From Macrostomum lignano (Eukaryota), in the NCBI GenBank assembly GCA_002269645.1, contig NIVC01004422.1:1-46558 (forward strand): a DNA stretch of 46,558 nt, written 5' to 3'. A program made the position numbers and the translations under genes. The stretch's first letter is position 1, and the number at the start of each line of letters is the position of its first letter. Below are positions 1 to 10,900 of this stretch, piece by piece. Under the pieces are notes generated by a model that was given only the letters and a program-made list of their open reading frames with translations, did not search any database and was not told the origin of the DNA.

Positions 1-1922
1 GTGGTGCACATGGAGTGGCTGAAGAGGCACATGAACGATATGGAGCGCCAGTTCATGATCAGGTTCTTCTATGAGAGCGCTACAGCCGAGGAGCATGAAC
101 GATCTGACGAAGTTGATCACATTAAACCACACAGGGTATGAAGGAGACGACCTTGTTTGGGTGCACAAGAACTTCGAGGATGCAGGCCATACTGCTCTGA
201 GTGTGTTTGAATGTGAGCTATCAGCTAGCAGTTGCAATGAATTTTAAATATTTTACCAAGTGGTGAGATAGAGAATTTACCAATAAAATTCATTTGTCGG
301 AATTTAAAGTTTGGAGCTACTTATGCGTCCTTATAAAATACTGTTAGTTTTGTCAGCTCTTCGATAAGATTTTTATACCCATGATAGCCTATTGATTCAC
401 CCGTTACCAGTCGTTTGTCTTTTGCAATTCGAAACTAGCAATTAAAGCTAAAGAAAAATAAAGCTAAACTGCAGAGCCAAACGAACAAACGTGATCCTAC
501 ATAATGAATTAGTAAAATTTATTGGTTGGATTTCATGTCACTAAAGAAGTAACATTATAACACTGCTTTCAAGACCGTACCATTTCTAATATATAAAGAA
601 TAATATTCTTCACTACCTTATCTATTCTTATTCTGGATCTAGTATTATTTTATTATAATATATATTGTCTCTTTTATAGATAAAAAATATTAGACATGTT
701 TTATATATTAGACATGCGCACCTTGAGGGTGCTGAGTTTTATATGTTATGATATTGTTTTAGGCAAGCTAATAAATACAGTAAAATAAAATAAATCAATC
801 AATACATGTACATCAATACACAATAAAATAAATACGCTCGCTACAAAAAGCTAGTGAATATAAATTTTTGATGTAACTGCCTGAAGTTAAAATCTCGTGC
901 GGAAAAATAGTATTCAAATTTATTTTTGGTACCAATACATATATCAAGCCTGAGGGCAGCTGCATTCCCAGTGTCAAATTCGACGTCAATTCAAAGTCTA
1001 TTTTTGTTCCAAAGTCGAATTCATGCTGTGCCAAATAGAGGTCAATAATTCGACTTTGATTAGAGTTATTACAACATGATGGGTTTCGACCTTTTCGGCC
1101 CCTTTCGGGAAGCCTTCAGGCCTCAGGTCTCAGAAATAAATCAATTAGAGTCCTGGCCCCCCACTCCCGTCAGATGGTCAGCCCCATGGTAGCTTGATCG
1201 TGTGGCGAGCAGTCTAGGTCCTATAGCTAAGAGAGGGACAGCGAGAGACAAGCAGGGAGAATTTTGAAGTAGAGATCAGCTAATCCGCAGATTAACTAAC
1301 CCGCTGCCACCAGCCCGTGCGTCCTGGCTCACCAAATCGGGCTTCCGACTAGAGGGGGCTTAGCACTTACTGCCAACTAGTGTCTTTTTGCTGTCTATCT
1401 CGAAGTCATAGCCGATGATAAGGGACACTGCTGGGACTTGATCGCATTGGCCATGCAGGTACAGAGGAGACTTGTGCAGGGGATTCTTGCAGTGGCGAGA
1501 CTACGATCTAGTACATGTACTATTACATAGCTAAATACGAGGAATTGTACTTTTGGCCTCCAACGCGCCAACTAGCCTCTCGTAGCGCTGATGATAGACT
1601 AACTCGAACTTCAGAGACCGCATGATTCATTACCGAGCCGCTTGGCTAACCTAGAGTGCACACAAGTACATCTCTGGCGCCGATTCTGCACTTCTGGCAG
1701 TTTTGCTAACTGATTTGATAGATTGATCGACTGAGAACTGCCTTGTCATTGGTCCACTGTGACCGGCGCCTACTAGCTTAGCTACTCATCTGAGCCATCG
1801 GCGAACAAAGAAATGAAACCGATAAAAATAACTGTCAGATTTAACCTTCTCACTGATTCACTTTACACCTCAGATTGAATTGGAGTTTAGACTACTAACA
1901 GTATTATTGAATGATCTCTGCC

Positions 1923-2207
1923 TCAGTAGCATGTAGTTGAAATTATCGCAGATTGATTTCGCACACCTTGAATCGTCTGGCTCAGGGTGCTGACCGTGGC
2001 TCGATGACGCTCGATCATGTTGAGTTGCTCCTGGTGGTGGGCGGCCTCCAGTACAGTAGAGCGGGCTCGTTCGATGCTATCAGGCGAGCTCCAATTAATG
2101 ATGGTGTGATTTTTATGGGCCCGAACTTGGCGGCGCACATTGAATGGCTCGGTTGTCTGGCACTCGTGGCAAAGCAACCAGCGACTTATAATGCAGCTGT
2201 CTTTTTG
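1923..2207 (-). CDS. Possible exon encoding a B-box-like zinc finger followed by a coiled coil (TRIM-like fragment)
   Basis: The minus-strand frame reads QKDSCIISRWLLCHECQTTEPFNVRRQVRAHKNHTIINW, then a heptad-like helical stretch (IERARSTVLEAAHHQEQLNMIERHRATVSTLSQTIQGV). The C..LCxxC...HxxH spacing resembles the C-terminal half of a B-box 2. Splice boundaries were not established. Confidence 0.3.
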   Translation of the reverse strand, partial: QKDSCIISRWLLCHECQTTEPFNVRRQVRAHKNHTIINWSSPDSIERARSTVLEAAHHQEQLNMIERHRATVSTLSQTIQGVRNQSAIISTTCY

Positions 2208-2979
2208 TTATGGAGCTTTAAGCCACGGAGCTCACATGAATTGCAGCTGATGCACACCTCGTACACGTAGGATGGACACCGAGATTTATTCATTATTAAA
2301 AATTTATCTGAGAAATTTAATTTAAAATAAAATTTAAATTTAAACTTCTCATATGCACATATTTAGCCTCTTATATACCCACTTCAACCAAATCTGTGTT
2401 GATAAAAACATAGCCGCTATGTTTTCAGCTTTGCTATGTTTACAGTCAGCCACCCAATGTCCAATGTTTTCATCAGCGCATCCAGGTATTGAGCCCTTGT
2501 TGAATTCCCGCACGCCCCGCTAAATTCTTTTAAATACGCCGCCAACTTTACCCCACCCAGTCGAGGGTGGCAATAAAACTGATAACTGAGCACTCTCTCC
2601 TTTCAGCAACAAAGCCGCCGCCGCCAGCTCCCAGACAGCGGGAGAGAGAGGCTTGGCTACCACTATTTTTGTTTACAGAAATTTGTTATTACCGATAAAA
2701 TTATATAATAATAATAAAGTACTAGTATAATACTGAATACAATAAAATATCGCTGATATTTGCCAATCGTTCAACCCAATTTCTAGAGATTCCCCTAGCT
2801 CGCCTCTGTGCATACTTGCGGATTCTCCCCAAGAGGCGTCTATCTACTCTCATAGGAGTCTACGGAATTCCCATGGCTTTGCCTGCGGCAGAGTTGAGCT
2901 ATGCAAACACATAGGCGCCCTTCTGATCCGGGCCCACGGAAGTTCCATGGCTTTCCCTGCGGCAGAGTTGTGTTATCCT

Positions 2980-4380
2980 CTACTACTGGGGAGACGTCGG
3001 GTTGGACCACCTGCCGATCTGCATCACCATCCATCACAGCCGAGGCGCGGCCAAGCGCGCGGGCGCCGCCTCTGGAGAGTTGTCCGCTCCCTCGACGGCA
3101 GAAATAAGAACCAGCAGCGGGACGCAACGCTCCGGGTAGGCCAGAAGACACTCGTCCAGTCGAAGGACATCGCCGAGGCCTACGCCCGTGAGTATGCCAC
3201 CGTCAGCCGCCTCCCGCAAGACCGCAGGACGCGAGACCTCCACTGTGAGAACTTTCGCAGCAGCGCTTCGCGAGCCGGCGCTGACAGCCATGAGAGCAGA
3301 GATTTTCGAAAGCCGTTCTCGCACCGCGAGCTGGACAGGGCTCTCCGCTCCCTCCCGACCAAGAAGGCTCCAGGACCCGATGAGATCTGCGCCGAACACC
3401 TGCAGCACCTCGGCGCTGCCGGCCGCCGGGCGGTCCTGCAGCTGATCAACGCGTCCTGGACCCAGGGGGAGGTCCCCGCGTGGCGCCGTGCCCACGTCGT
3501 GCCGATCCTCAAAAAGGGAAAGCCGGCCAACGAGATCGGATCATACCGGCCGATTGCCCTCACCTCCATCCTGGCCAAGCTGGCCGAGCGTCTGGTTCAA
3601 GCGCGGCTCTACTGGTGGGCCGAGTCCCAGCACCTGCTGCACCCCGCCCAAGCCGGCTTCCGCAAGCGGGGCAGCACCGAGGACCAGATCGCCCGGCTCA
3701 CCCAGCTCATCAGCGACGGCCACCAAGCGGCCCCTGCCAGGCGGACGGCCGTCGTCCTGTTCTACTTCCGGCAGGCGTACGACACCGTCTGGAAGCAGGG
3801 CCTGTTGCACAAGCCGCTCAACGCCGGCATCCCAGCGGCGGGGGTCCGCTGGCTCAGCAGCTTCCTGGCCGATCGCCGTGCTGCCGTCAGGGTGGACGGC
3901 GCGCTGAGCAGCTGGCGGCTCTTCCGCGAGGGCCTGCCACAGGGGAGTGTCCTTGCTCCTCTGCTCTTTGCGCTGTACATTAGCGACCTGCCTGACCACC
4001 TGCCGCCCGACTTTACCTGCACGACGGGCCGCCTGCTGACTCCATCGACGAGCGACCTCACGCGGCGGCAGGAGCGGCTGATTTTCCAGCTGCGCACCGA
4101 CCGCTGCCCGGCCCTGCGGGGCTTCCAGGCCGCCATCGGCGTTGACGTGGCCCCACCTGCCGCTTCTGTGGCGACGGAGAGGAGACGGCGGCCCATCTGC
4201 TGATCTCCTGCCCCGCCCTGACATCAAACCGCTGCCGCCTCTGGGGGCCAAGCCCGGAGCCCGCGGAAGTTTTCGAGAACTGCACCGCGGTGTTGAACTT
4301 CCTCGGGAAGGCGGGCGCCATCTGACGCCCGGTGCCATGGGCCCCGGCCCGAGCGCGCCCAAATGGAAGAAGAAGAAGAA
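2980..4380 (+). mobile_element. 5'-truncated, internally deleted non-LTR retrotransposon (LINE, I/Jockey/Ingi-like superclade) ORF2 remnant with 3' (GAA)5 tail
   Basis: Endonuclease end motif DVG(L)DHLPI at ~2996-3019 (different frame). RT motifs KAPGPDEI, WRRAHVVPILKKGK, SYRPIALTS, QAGFR, AYDTV and GLPQGSVLAPLLFALYISDL. The YADD core is deleted and the sequence joins directly to QLRT. After a frameshift at ~4151 comes the C-terminal knuckle CRFCGDGEETAAHLLISC, with stop TGA at 4323-4325, a short 3' UTR and GAAGAAGAAGAAGAA at 4366-4380. Confidence 0.92.
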
Positions 4381-5052
4381 AGATTCCCTTTGCGCTGCAA
4401 AGCAAAGTTCAGGCGTTAAAGCGCATGGAGGCCCTCGGAGTCATTGTTAAATTTTCTGAGCCAACGGATTGGGTAAACTCTTTGGTTACTGTGCACAAGC
4501 CAGATGGCAGCCTGCGGCTGTGTATCGATCCGACACATCTCAACAAAGCTATCAAGCGCGCTCACTACCCGATGACAACAGTTGAGCAAGTTGTTGCGCT
4601 CATTCCAGATGCCAAGTACTTCACCGTGCTGGATGCAAAGACTGGTTTTTAGCAGATAAGAGTTGACGAAGAAAGTACTCGTACACAGCTCTGCACTTTC
4701 AACACTCCGTGGAGCAGATACAATTTCGTTCGCCTGCCCCCAGGAACGTGAGCTAAGCAATTTTTTTCAGCACAGCTGGGCTGAGGTAATTGTTGATGAT
4801 ATGCTTGTCTGAAGACCGACCCGCGAAGAGCACGATCAAAAGCTACTCAAGGTGCTCAATGAGGTCCGTCAGTCGAATTTAAAACTAAATCGCAAGAAAC
4901 TGAAATTTGGTGTTTTTCAGTAAACTATGTCGGTCACGTGATCTCATCCGACGGTGTTCGTCCAGATCCTGCTTAAGTAAAAGCCATTCAAGAGCTTCCG
5001 GTTCCAGGTGATAAGCAGGCAGTGATGCGGCTGCTTGGCATGACGAGCTAAA
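4381..5052 (+). pseudogene. Decayed Ty3/Gypsy LTR-retrotransposon reverse transcriptase fragment
   Basis: IPFALQSKV...MEALGVI...EPTDWVNSLVTVHKPDGSLRLCIDPTHLNKAIKRAHYP...YFTVLDAKTGF*QI (W->TAG), FNTPWSRY, VIVDDMLV, LKLNRKK, YVGHVISSDGVRPDP. Multiple stops and frameshifts. Confidence 0.9.
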
Positions 5053-7986
5053 GATTGATACATTGTCGAAGAGCAATTTCAATCTAATCCCGGCTGGAAT
5101 GCGGTTTTGAAGTTAATTTGAAAGTAGATACCGCTATCTAAATGTTTTTCCTCCTTGATAGGCTCGATGCAGCAGGGAATGGGGAATTATGCAGGTCGCG
5201 GGGCTCTCTTGTGGTGCACATCATACAGAAATTTATTTAGAAGTATTGTTACTGCTATTATTATTTTGTACAATTCGGCTCATACATGTACTCGGTGGTC
5301 TTCCACTCTGGTCCTCAGCTTCTATTATGCCCTTGAGACATCCGAACTCACTACTCACATTTCATACCCCGTCTCTTAGTAAATAAGTAAGTAGACAGAC
5401 AGAAGCAAACGATTTGAATAGCTGAATAACTTTCCCTAAACTTGGCCTTAATCGCTAGAAGGCTGTGACTTGCTCTTGACCTCCGTTACCATGCACGGCA
5501 ACCCTGGTTGATGACGTCACCCGTCAGCCGCTCTGTGATTGGACGAGAAACTGGTGTGGAGCGCAGCGGAGAAAATGATTTATGATGGATGATTGTACGT
5601 AACAGGCAGGAGAGATACATATGTAGGGGGTCATAAAACGATCACACACATGAAATGATTTCGAATGATAGAAAAGAGGTGAGGTTGGTGCACGAGGGAG
5701 TGGGGTGGGTAATAAGCACGAGTAGCCGTGATAACTCGTTGGGATGAGTCAACATCACGGGGGCGCAGAATCACAGAGAAAGAGGGAAGCTTGTACATTT
5801 ATAATAATACTCGTACATGTACAGGGCTTGTTCGTGATCTTGTTCATGTACATGTAGTTATGCTGGGTCTTAATGGAGTTTGATGTCATTGCACGTATGT
5901 ATGTAGTGAGTCGCTAGTTTTGTTAGGCGCCGCACTAATCAGTTGTCTCCTGCACTCGCCCTGCTGGGCTCCTGTCTGTCGCTGGGCAGTTGCCCGTGTC
6001 CCCTTCCTGTCCTCGTTTGCCCCCTTTCTGTCCTCGTGTGCCCTCTTCCTGTCCCCGTTTGCCCTTGTCTTCTCGTGCTCTCCTTTTGCAGTGCCCAGTC
6101 AGCTTGGTCTGGCCTGCCTCTGTTTCGTTCTCGGTTTGGCACTTCCATTATTTTTGGAGAGGCCTCTTTGTTTTCCTGTCCCAAGGTCAACTAGTGGCTT
6201 CACTAGGGGGCCCTTCCCCCTCTTTCCCCTTGTCATGTGAGCCAGTGACAGAGCCCTTTTCCTTCTTTTTAGTCCAAAGTGCAATCAATGATCTGCAGTT
6301 TAGTCCAAAGTTCTGCAATTGCCATATTTCCCCCATTGTTCTCAGCTCTCATCCTAAACCCAGACCTCTGAGTCTGCTCTGATGATAACACCGTTGTCCC
6401 AGCCGACCCCCCCCCGAGCTCGGCAGGATCTGCTGCCTATTAGTCTGAAATCGCAAATCTGCCTGAAGTGCTGTGTTCGCTCGTCTTTGTTATTTCGTTC
6501 CGACGGGATCCTCACGAAGGCAGGAAGGGACTGGTGGCAGCAACTACCAATGCTACTTAAGTAGGCTCCTGGCAAGACAGAGCCTGAGACAACCCATGCA
6601 AGAGCTCTGTGCCAGCACAACCTGAAAACCACAGGTACTTCATTGGCGGCAGCGGTGGGATACCAAGACCTGCCAGGCCACCTCGAGACCACACCTGTCG
6701 AGGAAACAACAGCCACTATCACTTCACGTACAATATGATTTTATTTCGTTGGATTGATTTTGTTTTTGAGCAATTTTTGGCCATTTTTGGGTGTCAGACT
6801 CAGCTGGCAGCTACTTGTACATCTGAATTTTAAAATCAAAATGGTATCATTTTGATCAGCGGGCATAAACTTTTGCCTCAAAAATTGAAACTAGCGAACC
6901 ATTGAGTCTTACTCGGCGAAAGAAACTAGATGTACATGTATCCTGCTCAGACGCTTCGCGCTTTATGGTTAAGCCGAAAAGGATCACTAGCCACACTTTA
7001 GGCAAGGACTACTACACTTGAAGGACGCAACACCTGCAAATCGTGCAAAAATAGTTGAAGGCCGATTATTAAAATGTCTGTATCTCCGAATCGGTTGCAT
7101 GTAGGTTACTTTTTTCGACAGATTGTTCAGATTTTTGTATGCAAGCACGTTTACTGCGTGCAGGAATGACTTTTGAGCACGCTAATTGAGATAATTGAGA
7201 TTGAGCAATGGGCAAAAGGGGGTTGCTGATAACAAGCATGGTTGATTTTGATAACTATTGCGAGTTTTGCGAGATTCGAGAGATGATGAGAGAAGATAAG
7301 AAATCAATCGATAATTGAATTGTACAATCAAAGTTATCTTAGGGCGCAAAGTGTTAGGTAATAAAAAGGCTATAAAATCCTTAAAGGCATAACCCCTTTG
7401 CCTAATTTTGTGCAAGTTGCGTAATCTGGGTGAGTATGCTGCATGCACATCGCATCTCTACTGCTACTGTCAATCATATTGTACGCGTACATGGGCTCAT
7501 CTTAGTTTTTAGAAGAAGCGGAAAACCGAGGAGGGCTGGGCGGCTTCTACCTATAGCTCCTACATGTACGTACAGGGCGCAGCAGACTCTCACCCAGCCA
7601 GCAAGTTTGACACAAGGGCTCTTAAAATGGCTCTTCTCTTCAGCGCTTCAACCTTGGCCATCTGACTCAGCCTTGTGCGCTCAGTTGATGTACATTTAGC
7701 GGTGCGCTTTCCTGCTCTCCTCTCTCCCCTCAGTGCCTGCCATCTCTTATCGGCCTCTTAAACTAGCAGTAGCAGCAGCTCAAATAGACTAAACTGGAGC
7801 GGAATACCCTGCGTGCGAACTTGCTTTGCCTCAACTATTTACAGTAAACCTATGAGAATACAGCATTAACAGCATTTGTCGGTTAAAAAATTACGATTAG
7901 CTAAAACAACAGTGTTGCCTTATGCGGCTATTTGATGCTGCAACTGCAGAGCCGTGTCCTGACTGCTCATCCGCAACTGCAGTAGA

Positions 7987-10900
7987 ATGTCTGCGAGCGT
8001 ATCTCAAATTTCTGTGGTCTTTCGTCTGCTTGGAGTTTTTGTCTTGATTGTAAGATTTCATCTTGATAAAATATTTGTTTCGAATAGCTTTTTTCTGCGA
8101 AATTCGAATTGATTTCCAGAGAGTAAAGTTAAGACTACGAGTAGCAATTTTCTCTTCTCTCCTCTCTCCCCTCTTTTCTCTCTCTTCTCTCCCCTCCACT
8201 CTCCCCTCTTCTTTCGCCTCTCTCCACTCTCCTCTCCCCTTCTCCCCTTTTCCCCTTTCGCGAAAAGGGAAATCCGGGGTCCATGAGCATTGCCCGCCTA
8301 GCTTTTCCCGCCGAGGTTTGCCCGCAATGCTTTTTTCCTGCAGCGCGTTTAGCCACGCGGCAGATTCTGTCTGCTGCATCGCCCCCTAGTGCTTACTTAG
8401 TAAGTCTTAATAAAGAGATTACCCGATCAAAACGTCTTGATAGTAACTTACTAACGTACCAAATGCTTATTTTTCTTGTAGCTTTTAATTTCTATATGCA
8501 TGTAGATGGCGCATCGGTGAGCTATTAACTCATGCATACGCCATGTCGCTTTGTCCTCAAAATCTGTTTATTAAGACTTACCGAGCATTAAGAGGCGATG
8601 CAGACAGAATCTGCCACGGGGCTAAATGCGCTGCAGGAAAAAAAGCATTGCGGGCAATTCTCGTACTACCCGGCGGAGGAAAGTTTCGGCAAAACTTCAG
8701 TTTCAATCTCTGAAGTGTGCTCTTTCTAGACAGTTTTGATGGGATTTTACTCGACCTAATTTGTCCATGGCGAAACTGCAAATCTTTGAAAAAATCCGTT
8801 TGGAAAACAGAACTGTATTTCGAGTGCTGCCGCTATCCAAAAGTACTTTTCATTTTTTCTCCACCGATGGGAGATTACTTAATATGTATTCCAATTCATA
8901 CTGTTCCGCACTCAAACATGTACCCGCGAAATTTTCTCCAACCCAGCTGGTGGTGGCGCTGGTGTTTCACCTTGTTCCGTCATCGCCGAGTGCCGACAGC
9001 TTCACGGAGACCGGCGACCCACACCCGCTGGCCCCCATTGAAGGCGGCACGACGGCCCACTTCGAGATTCCTCACATTCTGCATCACACCTTCGCCTCCG
9101 AGATGGTCTACGAGAACTACCGGCCAATGATCAGCAGCTGTCTGAAGCTCAACCCCAACTGGACTTACTACCTGTGGCGGGACTCCGATGCCAGGACCCT
9201 CATCTCTTTGCACTATCCGCAGTACATGAAGACATACATGCGCTTCAATGACAACCTGCAGCGCTCCGACGCCATTCGATACATCATCCTGCACCGGTTC
9301 GGAGGTGCAATAATTACTAACAACACATTCGATAGCTTTTAAATAAAATTAGGATTGTTTAAAAAGCTCCTGCAGAGCAACTCTGGGGTTGAGTAGCGAA
9401 GTGTTGACCTGCCCGAAACTCGTGCCAAATGATCTGGGTTCGAGTTCAGGGGTGACCATATGATTTAGAGGCCATGGTGCTTGTACACCCTGTGTGAGCG
9501 TGTTAAAGTGTGACCCGTGCTCGGATGCATACTCAGGGGTTAGCGGATTTGCCATTGTCAGTGATTTGCAGCAGTGCCTGCGACCTCCGCCATGCCAGAT
9601 CAGAGGCAAGTTTTTCATTCCCGTAGGGGGCCCGCCGAAGTGCAACTCCTCGTACCGACCCCAACCGCAGGCATCTACCTTGACATGGATGTCGAGTGCG
9701 TGCGGCCGTTCCACCCGGCCCTCACTCGCCAGGCAGCCTTCCTCGACCAGGAGCGGGTGGAGCAGACGCGGATCGCATGGGGACGCCAGTTCAGCGCGAT
9801 GAACTCGCTCATGGGCTCGGTGCCCGGGCACAAATTCTTCCAAGCAATGTCCGATCGCGTGCTGCTCAGGAAGCTGCCCGGCGATGCGTACTCGTCTACC
9901 GGGCCGAACGTGCTCACCCAGGTGTTCCAGCGGTTCCGCAACAGCCCGGCGATCCGGAACTGGCCGGTGCACCTGCTGCCGCCGAGCGTTGCCTCACCAC
10001 TGATGGACCCGAACAGGAACTGGAGGCAGCTCTGTCGCTATGCTCGTGAGTAGCAGGCCTGCTGTTGTGCAGGTGTTGTGCCTGCATAATTTTTCCATTT
10101 TCCTATATACTAAAAATGGTCTGTCTGTGTCTATGTGATCGATTAGAGAAAAAATGGCTGGACCGATTTTGTTCGAACTTGCACTGTTCGATCAGAAATT
10201 TTCCCGTGACTGTACATGCATCGTGGCTAAGAAATTGCTCGATGCTAAAGGCATTAAATATTCGAAAAACATGCTTTTTTGCAAAGGTCAAGCAAACTTT
10301 TCGACTTGAAATGCATTGTAAGAATGCTAGAGAAAAAACTGACTGGTTGAATTCTGACTCTGAAATAGATTGCATCATAACTGAATTGTAACTCCGACTT
10401 GAATTGAAAATGCAGTGTGGAAGCGTAGCACCAGACTTGATTTAAATTGCGTAACCATATTGTTAACTGATACTGACTGACTGAGAAACTGATTATGTCA
10501 TAACTGCTTCGTGTGATTTACTCTATGCTTGGATTTTCAAGTGTTGAATTATATAAGTGCAAATTTTGATGTTATCAAAACGATGAGAGCTAGCCTAGAG
10601 GTAAACAGACTGAACTGCTAAATGCAGCGACGATGGTTCGAATTTTCATAGAGTATAATTTTTTTAATTAAAGCTTTTCAACGTCAGGAAAACTAAAAGA
10701 CTTTTTAAAAAGAAGCGTCATGTAAAAATCATAGAAGCGTCATTTACAAAATCATAGAAGCGTCATGTAAAAAAATCATAGAAGCGTCATTTAAAAAATC
10801 ATAGAAGCGTCATATAAAAATCATAGATGCGTCATTTAAAAAATCGTAGAAGCGTCATGTAAACAATCATAGAAGCGTCATGTGAAAAATCATAGAAGCG

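Noticed and set aside
1075-1135. Penelope-like hammerhead ribozyme on the minus strand (CTGAAGG...GAAAC with two small hairpins)
   Set aside because: The core deviates from CUGANGA and I could not build stems I and III. An Infernal search would be needed.
3034-4450. Numerous overlapping antisense and alternate-frame ORFs over the LINE and over GT/ZIP exons
   Set aside because: Shadow ORFs expected from GC-rich coding sequence. No independent motifs.
6500-6700. Possible Gypsy integrase remnant (RDWWQQLPMLL; TGTSLAAAVGY)
   Set aside because: The resemblance to the WDxxLPxxL and TGxSP motifs is too weak and short to call.
8283-8399. Alternative first exon of GT copy 1 ending at GTAAGT (8400)
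   Set aside because: The peptide is not hydrophobic and overlaps the inverted repeat. Exon 7987-8049 gives a proper TM anchor of the size seen in the paralogs.
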